Shown: piece after piece, positions 12,587 to 25,500 of the stretch
How positions within the stretch are numbered: the stretch's first letter is position 1
Layout of the letters: every line of letters starts with the position of its first letter
Source: Patellaria atrata CBS 101060
Lineage: Eukaryota
Direction: 5' to 3'
Length of the DNA stretch: 64,000 bases
Assembly: GCA_010093705.1 (NCBI GenBank)
Contig: MU006094.1
Coordinates: 533,550 to 597,549, forward strand
Notes under the pieces: generated by a model
Seen by the model: only the letters and a program-made list of their open reading frames with translations
Database searches by the model: none
What the model was told of the DNA's origin: nothing
Program-made: the position numbers and the translations under genes

Positions 12587-13813
12587 TCAATCATCGTAGA
12601 TATGTAGACGGGTCGAAGCAACGAGATTCATGAGTTTCGGCCACTCGGATTTTTCCAACTCTGTGATTTGATCAGCATATGACATGGCGAAGGGCGCAAA
12701 TGTCAAACGAAGGAGAGAAGGGTTGCTGCATACCACGTCTAGCCTGTTCTTCCTCCATACGGAGGAATATCCTATTAGGAGGATTCCTGTGAAGCAACTT
12801 TTGATGCTTTCCCTGTACGATCTTCGTTCGAGAAATCTCGGCTCGTAATTGTGTCTCATCGACGTAGGGCTTCAGGCCTAGAACGTTCATGGCGCGCCAG
12901 AAGCGTGCGGCCTTGTTTGGAGTGAGGATTAGTGCTGAGGGATCTATGATCGATGACAGCATGGAGTCAATTCGATCGAAGTCGAGGTGGAATGCAAACT
13001 CAGGTGTACCCTCTAACTGCTCCGAAGCTATGTCGTTCGGTATGATTAGGTATATCATGGTATTTCCGTTTGATCCTGGGGTAAATGTAAATCGTGGTGA
13101 TTGTACGGTAGCCTCATAATTGTTGGAGCAGACTTGATGGCTGAAGAAAGGGTGCAGTCCGAAGTCTCTACGCAAGGTCTGCTCGTTGATATCAGTTCGT
13201 GTATCAATTAAGGGTTATTAAAATTAAATACCTCGAAGCCACTCGCTCTATCAGGTAGGGCGTCCTTCTTTCGCTTTGTTTCGAGACTTGTATTGCGAGA
13301 AAACCAATAGTCAACGCGGCTGCACCAAGCGTCCTTTCTCTCGTTGTGCTCCCAACACCACATTTCGCTATCGGCAACGTATTCCGCCATTGCATCCTCT
13401 ATTTCTTCCGAGAAGGCAAAAGCGGGAAGTAGCTCGTTCTTCTCACGCGTCTCACGCTTTTCATAGCTCTCCTCGGAGCACATCATCGTATAACAGTCTT
13501 CCCTCACTTCTCTGAGCTCGCCATCTGACAAGTGTTCCATAGGAGTGCAATCGTCCTTCCAGCACTGAAAATCTTTGTTCCATAGGGACTTTGCTTTGTC
13601 TCGGTATGAGGTTAGGATCTCTTCTTCCACCAATAGCAATAATTCTACCGGTAATCTGTTGACATACACATCGGGACCTTGACCAAACCGATAACAAGCG
13701 CGTAGTGCATGTATCGCAGGCCTCGATTCAACATAAGCTTCCAGATGAGGCCCCAACGTCTCTATCTTGACGGGTACGGCCCAAGTCACGACGGATTTTG
13801 TCCCATAGTCCAT
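12587..13813 (-). CDS. Hypothetical protein with an F-box-like 'LPVELLLLVEEEI' segment, 3 exons (13813-13232, 13178-12734, 12660-12587)
   Basis: Three ORFs join in frame via GTATTT..CAG and GTATGC..CAG introns. The product ends EWPKLMNLVASTRLHIYDD*. Confidence 0.65.
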
Positions 13814-14127
13814 TATGGATGAGGTCGATAGAGCATTCCCCTTGGGGTTGACTAGGTTGGTGATCGTTGTGCTCAGCAGAGCAAGAAATGTACAAAGTTG
13901 ATGTGTCAAGGGTGGGGTGTAAGGTTGAGGGTGTCTCCGCTCAGAGAAGTTCGCCTGCCAAGGAACGGTGACGCACAGACGACGCGTTCGTGTGGAACCG
14001 AGCAACACGCCCTCACGTGCCACACCAATTCAGGCAACCTGAACCCCCTCATCACTTCCACCTCATCCTTTTATATATTTAGGACGCTCAACTCCCATCA
14101 CCATGTCAACCTCCACCTATCCACCAA

Positions 14128-14553
14128 ATGGCTTCCCCCATAGTTGCCGCGACCACTTCCTCCTCTCGCCCTCTCTTCCGTATTCTCAACACAGTCGAAC
14201 TCCTCGAAGCTCTCCTCCTCTCACTTCCCCCGGCTGATATCGTACGCTGCCGTCTCGTATGCCAGCACTTCAACACTGTGATCACCTCTTCACCCCAACT
14301 CCAGCACCGTATATCTACATACAGGGATATCAAATCCGATGTGGATCGGTTCTTCCAGATCGGGTGTCGCGGGCCGTACCTGACGCAGGATGATCTCGAT
14401 AGGATTGAGAGGCTGAGGGAATCGAGTAGGGAGTTTTATGAGCGGGAGAAGGGCCGGAGAGCAGGGTGGAGGGAGTATTTACCGGATTTGAGGGTTATTG
14501 TGGGTGCATTGTGGGGAGTGGATATGGAGGATTTGGAGGACAGTGAGGAGTAA
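14128..14553 (+). CDS. Small F-box-domain protein
   Basis: 141-aa ORF with 'ILNTVELLEALLLSLPPADIVRCRLVCQHFNTVITSSPQLQ', a typical fungal F-box. A TATA-like TTATATAT lies near 14071. Confidence 0.7.
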   Translation: MASPIVAATTSSSRPLFRILNTVELLEALLLSLPPADIVRCRLVCQHFNTVITSSPQLQHRISTYRDIKSDVDRFFQIGCRGPYLTQDDLDRIERLRESSREFYEREKGRRAGWREYLPDLRVIVGALWGVDMEDLEDSEE

Positions 14554-14808
14554 TCGGGCTTGTTTATACCCGCCATTTTGTTTGTTGAGACCTGAGTCTA
14601 CTTCTTTAAGGTCAAAGAGGGGGAGCAATTGGGTTGTAGGTTTGCGATGAGCGACTACCTATTGTCATTCGCCCCTTGGAGTTAGGGAGCAGTCTCTGGA
14701 TTTTCCCCTATGTAGCATGTATAAAATTACAGGATTGCGCTTGTTCTGGTGTTAAAAACGGTTCGACGAGTGATGTCGCCAATGTGTACATTCTATTATC
14801 TATATGTC

Positions 14809-16155
14809 CTATAACTTAGCAGACTGATGCCACGGTATAACTTGCAGATCATCTCTGGAAAGATCGCTCAAGCTCGTCTTTCCAGCATTTGCCAGCATGT
14901 TGTCCATATCAGACAGTATACATCTGAAAACATGTTTGACACCATCTTCGCCTGATATCGCAAGACCGTACATATATGGCCTTCCGATCAGGACAGCTTT
15001 GGCACCAAGAGCAAGTGCCTTCAGGACATCGCTTCCGGTTCTGATACCACTGTCGAATAGCAGCGTGACGCTCGAGTTTTTGACCCTTTCATCGGCTCCA
15101 ATCTCTGCTAATGCGTCCAGTGAAGCAATTGCGCCGTCACATTGACGGCCTCCATGGTTGGATACTATGATACCATCCATACCATAATCTATGGCTTTGT
15201 GAGCATCTTCCACTGTCTGTATTCCCTTCAATACTATTGGGCCATCCCAATGCTTTTTAAGGATCTTTAGATGCTCCCATTCGCGATATGTCCCGGAGTT
15301 TAAGGCTCGTAACCAAGCCTGTGATTTTCTCAATGTTGAAACGTTGGCTAGAATCTTCGCCGCGCCGTATATATTACCCGGTCTCATAATAAGATTACAC
15401 GCCTCCTTTAGTTTCTCTCCTATAGATCTCGTATCCTCCTTCAGCTCCTCTTCGTACCGCCGATTGAACGCTGGATCCGAAAAGCCAATCTGGCATCCGT
15501 CACCCCACAAGAACGGCAAATACGCTGTGTCCAAATCCGTAGGCCTCCATGCCAGCAGAAATGTGTCCAAGGTCACAACCAGCACCTTATAACCATTCTG
15601 TCTCGCCCTATTCAGCAAACTCACTGTGATCTCCTCATCCTGCGGTCGTGGCCAATAGAGCTGATACCACCTATCCCCCTCCTTATTCGCCTTTGCCACC
15701 TCCTCAATCGTCCTCGTGGCAGCCGTCGACAACACCATCGGGATCTTCAACTCCCTACACGCCCTTGCCGTCGCTTCCTCTCCGTCCTCATGCATAATTT
15801 TCTGCACACCCACCGGTGCCGCGATCAGCGGAGTCTCATACCTCGTCCCAAACAGATTGACGTGTATATCTCGACGGGTGGCATTTACCAGCATGCGCGG
15901 CCGTAGCCGGTACCGGTCGAACGCTTCGCGGTTGAAACGGTGGGTGGAGCCGGAGCTCGCGGAACCGAAGACGTAGCCGTAATTTGCGGCTGGAACGGCT
16001 TTGGCGGCGAGACGCTCCCATTCTGAGGGCGATGTGCTGAAGAGAGGGGCGCGGATGTTGGAGTAGAGGTCGCGTTGGTAGGAGGCGGGTGCAGTTGGGG
16101 ATGGGGTGGTGTAGTCTTGGTCTATGGATGTGTGGGGCTTGGAGTCGGAGGTCAT
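14809..16155 (-). CDS. FMN-dependent alpha-hydroxy acid oxidase/dehydrogenase (lactate 2-monooxygenase-like) with a PTS1
   Basis: Intronless 448-aa ORF with APVGVQ, YQLY, LKGI, SNHGGRQ, DSGIRTGSD and GRP motifs. C-terminal -AKL. Confidence 0.92.
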   Translation of the reverse strand: MTSDSKPHTSIDQDYTTPSPTAPASYQRDLYSNIRAPLFSTSPSEWERLAAKAVPAANYGYVFGSASSGSTHRFNREAFDRYRLRPRMLVNATRRDIHVNLFGTRYETPLIAAPVGVQKIMHEDGEEATARACRELKIPMVLSTAATRTIEEVAKANKEGDRWYQLYWPRPQDEEITVSLLNRARQNGYKVLVVTLDTFLLAWRPTDLDTAYLPFLWGDGCQIGFSDPAFNRRYEEELKEDTRSIGEKLKEACNLIMRPGNIYGAAKILANVSTLRKSQAWLRALNSGTYREWEHLKILKKHWDGPIVLKGIQTVEDAHKAIDYGMDGIIVSNHGGRQCDGAIASLDALAEIGADERVKNSSVTLLFDSGIRTGSDVLKALALGAKAVLIGRPYMYGLAISGEDGVKHVFRCILSDMDNMLANAGKTSLSDLSRDDLQVIPWHQSAKL

Positions 16156-16753
16156 TATGGCGTTATCTACGGTATTTTAATAGAGATTGATTGATCGAGT
16201 GTTATGAAATTTATATTTTTGAACTTTGGCAGCATAAAGTAGAAAGAGGATGAAATTACTGTAAGCACAAGCTAGAACTGCGTATGACGGCAGACCTCGG
16301 TAAAAAGCTACCCCTGAGAATCAGTAGAATAGTCTCACGTCAACCTGAATGCTTTCAGGACTCAATTGATCCAGTTCAATTACCTTACGGCGGGTACGTC
16401 TCTAGATGACATTCTCAATTCATCTACCCCTTGAGTAAAGGATCGCCAAAAGATCCCAAATCTCTCATCCTATGTCTACCTTACAACTAGTGAATACTGT
16501 AAACGATTCCCAAAGACTCGCTCAGTAGTTTCGCAGCACGTGGTTAAAGGATGAGTATATGTATGAAAGAAAGCTTGCTTTTATTTGGTTCTGTGCCAGA
16601 CTTAAGGTGTAGCATACTACTAGTTACGTGCTCGTCATACTAGGAGACCAATGAACACGCCTAGTAGTAGAGTCTGTCTCCTTGTTAAATTTCCATCCCA
16701 AGATATCTTATTTCCCTTCCAACCAAGTGAAACCATTACAATCAGAAAGTCCA

Positions 16754-19495
16754 TCATACTACCTCATCATTTTCACCATTGACTGATTCAACGTACGCCG
16801 CATATCTAGGCTTCTTTGCCCCTGCTCCACGTGGAGTAGCCTCGCTTGATATCTTTCTCTTCTGTAGAGGATCGCCTTGGAGCTCCCTGGGCTTCAAGAC
16901 GAAAATACTCTTGTCCGTATGATTTTGGGTGTGAAAGAATTCTTGAGAACTTGGAAATCCACCTTGCCAGTCTAATTCATTCGCATTGAACTTTTCTCCC
17001 AGTGCTGTTCGTGTTGGGCTCCATATGTTGATCAAGTCTTAGGCTATGAAGTGACTTACTATATGACTCAACCGGATTCCCATTGGCTATATTCTCTGCA
17101 ACCTCGGGAAGAGTTCTCGGGAAGAGTTCTCGGGGAGGACCGATGATCAGCCCTTAAATCCTCGATTATTTGAGGTAAAGGTTCTAATGAGATACTGATG
17201 GTTCGGAAGGGAGGGAACCACATTTGTGAAACACCAGCTAGCTTGGGGACATCGAGCCACATATTCGACCAGTAGCAGCTGTGGCAGTATTTGCTTCGAT
17301 CATGACTCTCGCCGCATCAGGAGAAATGCTGTAAAAAGCACAGCGCTCTTCAGTGCAGATAGTTGGGAAGTAGAGACCGTTTAGGTCCAAACCATCAAAC
17401 GTAACCGAACCACTGGTGATCCTAGATGTCTTCCGCGGGCACTCGCAATCAATAAGTGTCGAGAAGCTCGGCTTGACTAATACACGATGATTAGTTATGA
17501 GCTATATTGAAATCGGAGATGTGTACTAACATTTAGAGTTGATGATGAGACTTTGAAAGTCACTGTATTGTTCTTCTTTGTGAAGAGTGATCAAAAATTC
17601 AGAATCCGAGTAATTAGAGGTATACCCAGGCGCAGCAGACTCCCATTCGACCGTCAGACTATGAGTCTGCGAGGAGACTTTGTTGATGTTCCTGGCTGTC
17701 TTTCCAAGTGTTGATCCGACACGTTCTTGAATAATTTGCTTATGATTTCGCCAATCGAGTTCACCAGTGGTATCGGGTTTGTCTAGTGCGCTCAATATGA
17801 GACAATGTAAGGCTATTACAAGATGATCACATAGGGAAATCTTCGAAAGATCGCGTGGATTATCTGATGCTTCTGATGAATGAATAAAATCGCACGGGAC
17901 GTTCTTATGCAAGGAGTTGCTTCTAACCACTTGCTGTGGATCAGGACCCGATTATGGCCATAGTCATCATCCGACGGTTGATACAGGGCATCCATCCCAT
18001 AGTACTCACCCCCAACGAAAATCGGTGTAATTCCTTTGGTAACCTCGTCTATAGAAAGACTTGCATTGATGAAACAACTGATACTTTGCGCAAAGATGGT
18101 CTGGGGGACGGTAAATTCTTTCTTCCTTGAAACTCCGTTTCTGCTCATTCTTCGCCGTTTCGCAGGATGTATTCTTGTGAAGCATCTTCCATAGGTCTTT
18201 TGGTAGGGGGATAGGCTGAAGATGAAGGTATTCTTTGATAATTCGAAGAATCTAAGCATAAATTAGCAGCCGGGTAGGAATATAGAACTCGAAAATATAA
18301 TCTTACCTCGATATCATCGGTCTCGCTATGAAAGAAGCCAGAGCCATCTTCCGTGGTGGCTGCAATTTCTAGTAAGCGGCTCAAAATCATCTTTGCCACT
18401 CCCACCTTGATGAAGTTTGTAGCATTGGCCACATCTGGAGCAGAGTGAGGCATTGTCAGAAGCAGGTCAGTGCAGCGTTGAACTAGGCTATCTTTCCTAG
18501 ACTTGTCTAACTTGGTGTCCGTCATGGTAGATACCCAGATATTATAGACTTGCCTAGATTCTTCAAAAGAGATTCCTAGAGTGCTTTGGTCAGGGTTGGT
18601 ATCACCTGCTAGCATATTGTATCCATACTGATAACGTTTGCCAGACTTGCTTCCTCCCGGTAAGAGCAGCTGGTGGAGGTACAACTTGCCTTAGAATCCA
18701 GTCTGAAGGATGAGATCGCCGCAGATTGTCTTCACCATATCCCGGGGCGGACCGATATCAAGTGTGATCTTAAGCCAAGCTTGAAATTCATCTAGTGAGA
18801 CTGGGTTACCGGATTTCTGCGTTCGAGGATTCCTACCAATAGGCTGACAGAAATCCTCGAAATTATTAGATTGGTAAGCTCTCAATGTACTCTTAGCCAT
18901 AGTTTCGTGAAATTTGTCTGAGCGCTTCGCTAGGTCTTCCTTCTTCTTGCTGACCTTAAGCTGAAGCATCTTTCGCTTATTCCAATCAAAAGCCCAAGTG
19001 GCGCCGGTGCTTTCGCTCTAATATCCATAGTTGTATGGATATTTGATCATGACTGACGCGGCGGACTTCATGCCGTCGCCGTGTTGGCCAGCTTGTGAAC
19101 GATCTTCCCGTTTGGTCGACCCACCCAAGCCGAAATGATCTAGCACGAGATAGGCCTTGAAGTTGGTTAGTTCGACCAACCCATCTCCATCTTTGCCGTA
19201 GTCGAACTTGATATAACCCAGAAGGTCGCCGCCGTGATGTTTGATTCCTGATCCCAGAGGTGCTCCAACTGTGATGATTTCACGGGCCTTTTCACAATCT
19301 TGACGCTTTGCTTTGAAGTCTCGTGGATTTAACTGGAATGCAAATATGATCCCATCCTCCTGTGGTCGAACTTAGTAAATCATTAATTCCTTCCTCTGAC
19401 TATACTTACCAATTCTGATAGAACTCGCGGAAGGCCTCAGAGGTATCTCAACTGAAGTATGTTCTCGTGATACCAAGTGTCGAGGTTGTCGTCAT
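16754..19495 (-). pseudogene. Disabled gene for a GHKL (HATPase_c-like) ATPase-domain protein
   Basis: Conceptual translation MTTTSTLGITRTYFS*DTSEAFREFYQNW-DGII...GLGGSTKREDRSQAGQHGDGMKS gives an N-box and a G2-box. In-frame stops at 19448-19450, 19018-19020 and 18691-18693, plus frameshifts. The 3' end is uncertain. Confidence 0.7.
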
Positions 19496-20497
19496 TTCAT
19501 CAAACCCGATAATTGAGTGCAGTTCGTTCAACTTCAGTCGCATTCGGACGGCCTCCAGCTCCAGGTCCTTACCGCGGTCAATGTATTCCGAATTGAGGAC
19601 ACCATCATGATCTAAATTCATGATTTGGTGGGTTTGAAAGTGTGCCAGATGCACATTCCGACTATCTTATGGAAAGATGAGAACAACTCGAAAGCAGGAA
19701 ACTTCTGCAAGAATAAGAGGTTGAGGTTGACAGAAAATCAAAAGATCAAGACATGATTGAAGAGTCGTCCATCCAAGAAAAAGTAGCATGTGACTGCTCG
19801 TCTTATATGTCTCGTTTGACATATTCTTTATCTGTATTATCGCACACAGTATCAAGCTTGAATCGTTTGTAAGCTATCAATTTCTTAAACCATTTCCTTG
19901 ACCGATATGAGCCGTCTAAATGGAAATGTAGCAAGAATCCCCATGAGGGATTCTGATATAGACAGTGTCTATCCCAGACATCCATTAAAGGGAGTTCACT
20001 CATTATCACGTCGAACTATTTATTGCTTCTCTAAAGTATGCTTGCAATAAATTCACAACAAAATTTCAGGATAAAAGAAAGTTAGAGCAGTAGTTCGTAG
20101 TAGAAGCATTTTAAAGGAGTAAAATGTGTATGATGATATCATTGAACGAGTTAATCTAAGAACTGAGGAGAGGAGTTGTAGGTAGCTAAGTAGAACCAAA
20201 GTACATCGAGACCACTCACGATAGGTTTGCCATGAAGATTCAAGTTCCACAGGTCGGTAGCAAGACTGTCCAAAGTAAGCTTATTCGCTTGGACCTCATG
20301 GAGCTGTAATATTCTAAGACTCAAAATTGTTGAAGGGACGAACGTCGTCGGACTCCTTCATTTCGTATAAAACGGCCGTTGGGGGATCCCGTTTACATTT
20401 ATCGATAAGGAACTTCCCTCATTTTGGCCCTCAAAACCGTTCGACTGTGTACTAATTTTTCTAATTGTTTGTATCGGACCCTACACTCATTATACCC

Positions 20498-22072
20498 ATG
20501 GCTTTACGACTCTCTTCTAAACTTTTCAGTGTATCAATTGGCCGAAATGTTGTTGTAGCGCAGCACGGGAATGTCCCTCGCCGATATGCGTCATCAGGTG
20601 CAGCAGCAGCTTCGAGCCTCCCATCAAGCATAAAAAATGCCATTGAGGTAAATACCTTTCCCACATCTCTATAATATTAGGAGCACTAACAAAGAGTTCA
20701 ATCAGAGGGATGCCGGTCTTCCAACCCCCGATCCTGCTCCCGATTCCCAAACTGCGCGGCTCGTCAATGATCAGCTACAGTTTATGGTGCCCACGTATGT
20801 GCGGCCGTTACCTATGTTTCACAAAGGAGAAGGATCATATCTATGGGATGTAGAGAACAGGCAATATTTGGACTTCACGTCTGGCATAGCTGTGAACGCT
20901 TTAGGCCATTGTGATCCTGGGATGACTAGTCTGCTGAGCCAACAGGTATAGAATATATGAATGACCAATGTTCAAGCAATTTCCTGACGTTAACTTAGGC
21001 TGGAACACTCATACACACGTCTAATTTATATCATAACCCCTGGACAGGAACTCTTTCCAAACTTCTGGTCCAGAAAACTTTGGAGGCTGGAGCAATGCAT
21101 ACTGCCTCTAAGGCATTCATCTGCAATTCTGGGTCGGAAGCAAATGAAGCAGCGATCAAATTCTGCCGTAAGGTTGGTAAGATCTTGGATCCCTCGGGCG
21201 CAAAGCATGAGCTGGTCTCGTTTCACAACTCTTTCCACGGAAGGACAATGGGATCGCTCTCGGCAACACCGAACCCAAAATACCAAAAGCCATTCTCGCC
21301 AATGGTACCAGGATTCAGGTATGGAACCTACAACGATATTGAGGCAATTCCATCTCTGGTAACGGACAATACCTGTGGTGTTATTATCGAGCCGATTCAA
21401 GGTGAAGGCGGCGTCAACGTCGCCACTGAAGATTTCTTAACTGCTTTACGCAAACGTTGCGATGAAGTTGGTGCCATTCTCGTCTTTGATGAAATTCAAT
21501 GCGGCCTATCGCGGACTGGACAACTTTGGGCTCATGCTGCGTTACCAAAGGAAGCACATCCAGATATCATTAGCACTGCGAAGGCTCTAGGGAACGGATT
21601 CCCCATTGGAGCGACCATTGTGAACGAGGCTGTTGCGAGCAAAATCGTTACAGGAGATCACGGCACTACGTTTGGCGGGAATCCATTGGGAAGTCGCATC
21701 GCACATTACATTGTTGGTCGGTTGTCTGATAAGGAATTGCAAAAGGCAGTCCTTGCTAAGGAACAAGTTTTCCGTAAACACTTCGCCAGGTTGCAAAAGC
21801 GCTTCCCAAAAGTCATTACCGAAGTTAGAGGGAAAGGTCTAATACTAGGTCTTCAACTCTCACAAGATCCTACCCCTATTGTGACGGCTGCCCGAGAGCG
21901 TGGCCTCCTGATAATCACCTGTGGGACAAACACTCTACGTTTCGTACCGCCACTCACTATCAGCGAATCTGAGATTGAGGAGGGTATCCAGAAGTTAGAG
22001 TCAGCTATGGAATCGATTTTTCATGAAGGTGATCAGGTACCAGGAACCAAAGGTCAACAGGAGATGCAATAG
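20498..22072 (+). CDS. ARG8: Acetylornithine aminotransferase, mitochondrial, 3 exons (20498-20647, 20706-20945, 20999-22072)
   Basis: YLDFTSGIAVNALGH, CNSGSEANEAAIKF, SFHGRTMG, EPIQGEGG, FDEIQCGLSRTG, AKALGNGFPIG (PLP lysine) and HGTTFGGNPL. Arg/Ser-rich presequence. Confidence 0.95.
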
Positions 22073-22524
22073 TGGATCTATGTCTGGCTGTAAATCATTA
22101 TTTCTTCGTTTCTCGCTATTCTCTTCTTGTTTTGAGCGTTCGCGCACAGTACTTATAGAGTCATTGGAATCAGGGCACGGAGTGTAAAAAGTCAACAGAT
22201 CATGAATGATGATGGGATGTATATATCGAATTTTAGAAATGAGAACTTCATCAACTGCGTCGTCCGAATTCAATCGAAAAAGAGACAATTTGATCCGATG
22301 TTCAAGAATATCGGCCCGCTCTACAGACGTGCCAACCGACAATCAACCGGAGGAGAGCGTCATGCGGGCATGCTAGCTCACCTCACAACCTAACTCCGCA
22401 ATTGCAGCATCCTCCGACGAAGCCTCAAAGCTCTCTATAGGGCCCCTTAACGCAATGATTGCATTCTCGAGGACCTCGTACAAGTAATAATTCTCACAAT
22501 GGAAGAGCATGCTCTATAACAAAC

Positions 22525-25500
22525 ATGCTGTCCGCTTTTACTGCCCGTCCGATTGTCGAGCTAAAGCAAAGAGATAAATCCAAGGTTGAATCCATCCTAG
22601 CTTATGGTAAGGCTGTTCAGCTCTGATATCGACCAACAACTAATAAAGTATATAGGGGACAGGCTCCTAGTCGGTCTCAATACAGGAACTCTACGAATTT
22701 ATCGAGTTAATGAACTCCATGACGAATTACCAGCGAACAATGAGAATGTCGAGACCTCGAATGATGTTAAGCCTAAACAGCGCCCTGTTGATCTTCTGCG
22801 CGAGGAGGAGAAGTTCTCTCGTAGGGCAGTTCAACAGCTAGCAATTATAAAAGAGGCAAACATACTAGTCTCTCTCTCGGACAGCTATGTCTCGATTCAT
22901 GATCTTCAAACATATGCGTTACAAGAACGCCTAGAGAAAACACGAGGCGCTACGTCTTTCGCTGTAACTTCGAACATAGTGAAAGACCCAACTACGGGCA
23001 TACCTTCCATAGTCTCCAGATTAGCGGTTGCAGTAAAGAGAAAGATCATATTTTGGTCATGGCAGGATATGGAACTGTCAAGCGAGGTTCCAGAGATAAT
23101 TCTCTTAGCGACAGTTAAATCTATAACATGGGCTTCTGGGACTAAAATTGTAGCGGGTATGGATCCAGGCTTTGTTCTGGTCGATGTTGAATCGCAGGAC
23201 GTTCTGGATATCATAAGACCCGGATCGCTGGGTGATGCGGGAGGACAAGCTGGCGCTAGATTTGGGGCTGTGAGCTCATCTGGTATGAGCTATATGGGAA
23301 TGGGTGGCTGGGTTCCTAAACCAATGGCTACAAAGCTTTCCGACGGTCAATTACTGCTTGCGAAGGATGTCAACAGTTTATTCATCGACGAATCTGGAAA
23401 CGCGTTGGATAAAAGACAGATCCCCTGGGCGATGGCTCCTGAAGCTATAGGATATTCATATCCATATATGCTTGCGTTACAACCACCGTCCAAAGGCGGT
23501 CTAGAAGTCAGAAATCCGGACACACTCTCACTGCTTCAAACAGTGTCCCTACCTAATGCAACTATCCTGCACGTTCCGCAACCTAATATTAGCCTGGCAC
23601 ATGCTGGTAAAGGCTTTTTGGTAGGCAGTGACAGATGTATATGGCGGATGGGAGCCCTCGAATACGAAAGTCAGATTGATGAATTGATTGCTAACGCACG
23701 TTATGATGAGGCAATAAGTTTATTGAACATGCTCGAGGATACGCTTCTTAAAGATAAGGAAGGTCGTATAAGAGAAGCTAAGATGCTAAAAGCGCAAACA
23801 CTATTTGACTTAAGGAAGTATCAAGATGCATTGGATCTATTCTCGGAAGCTTCTACTTCACCAGAGCGCGTCATAGCGCTCTATCCCAAATCCATAGCTG
23901 GTGATCTCTCCTCAATAGAGAGCGTCAAGGATGCGGAAAGTGATGTGGATCATGAAGAACCTAATGGTGGTGCAAACATCACTAATAAAGCAGCACCAAA
24001 CACTCCAGCATCATCATTGGGTCGATCTCTGTTTGGTAAGGTCAAAACCGAGCAGAAGAAGGTAGACTCTGATACATCTTCCATTCTATCATTGAAAATC
24101 GGTGACTCCGCTGCGTCGGTTAGTGACAGGGGAAAACACACTGAGACTGTGCAAGATAAACCACTAGGTAAGTTGTATTCTACATCTTGCGAGTATGGAA
24201 CTAACAATTCTGAAGAAGGTAAAGACTTGATACTAGCGGCCCATGCGCTCTCTCAATTTCTGGTTCAAACTCGGTCTCAATTACAACGATATATTAACAT
24301 CGATGGCACATTGAAACAACCCATTCCGACTCCCGGCGACGGTCAAATTGAGGAGGTGAAGCCACCATTTCACCACCTCATAATTCTTCCCTCGTCTAAT
24401 GCCACGAACATTGACTGGCAAGAGAAGCTCCATGAGGTTGCGGTCATAGTTGACACGACGCTCTTTCGTGCATATATGTATGCCCGTCCAGCATTAGCAG
24501 GGCCGCTCTTTCGTCTGGATAACTTTTGCGATCCAGTTGTTGTCCGTGATAAGCTGTATGAAAGTGGTAGATACAATGATCTTATTGATTTCTTACACGG
24601 AAAAAAGTTACATAGAGAGGCACTGGAACTTCTAGCGAAATTCGGCAAGAATGAGGCAGATGAAGAAGTATCATCAATTCTGCGCGGACCTCAACGGACG
24701 ATTGGCTACCTGCAGCAACTACCTCCAGAGATGATCGACCTAATTCTTGAGTTCGCAGAATGGCCGCTTCGGACAGATCCTGATGCAGGAATGGAGATAT
24801 TTCTCGCCGATACTGAAAATGCAGAGACGTTACCTCGAAAGAAAGTGCTACAATTTCTAGAGAAGATAAACTCCGATCTCGCCGTCCGATATCTGGAGCA
24901 TATTGTGAATGAACTCAATGATCAGACACCAGATTATCATCAACGACTCATCGATTTGTATCTGGAACGACTGAAAATCAAAGCTGATGAAAAGGAAGCC
25001 CTCGTCTTTAAATCCGAAGAGGATAGAAAGAATTGGCGAGAACGATTGCAAGAATTCCTCAACAAAAGTGGACAATATAATAGAGCACAAACCCTACGCC
25101 AGTTATCTGCAGATGGTAAATATTTTCCTTCTCATGAAAAGGTTCCTGCTAAGACCCCTTCTAGACCCCGATTTTCACGAATCACGTGCCATTGTTCTTA
25201 GCAACATGGGACAGTACAGACAAGCATTGCAGATTTACGTTTTCCAAATCAAAGACTACCAAAAAGCCGAAGAGTAAGTGCACAACGCATATAAAAGTTT
25301 AGCTACTAATTCGAGATAGTTACTGCAACCAGATATACATATCGAAGACAGCGGGAAGCAGCGCAACTTCTACGCATCAAGCACCACCATCAGATCCAGA
25401 TGACTCGGAGCCGTCGATCTATCACATCCTTCTTTCCCTTTACCTGAACCCGCCTCCACCAAACAAAGCGAACTGGTCACCAGCACTCGATCTCCTCTCT

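Noticed and set aside
16615..16669. 9-bp inverted repeat TACTACTAG/CTAGTAGTA
   Set aside because: Short, low complexity and plausible by chance.
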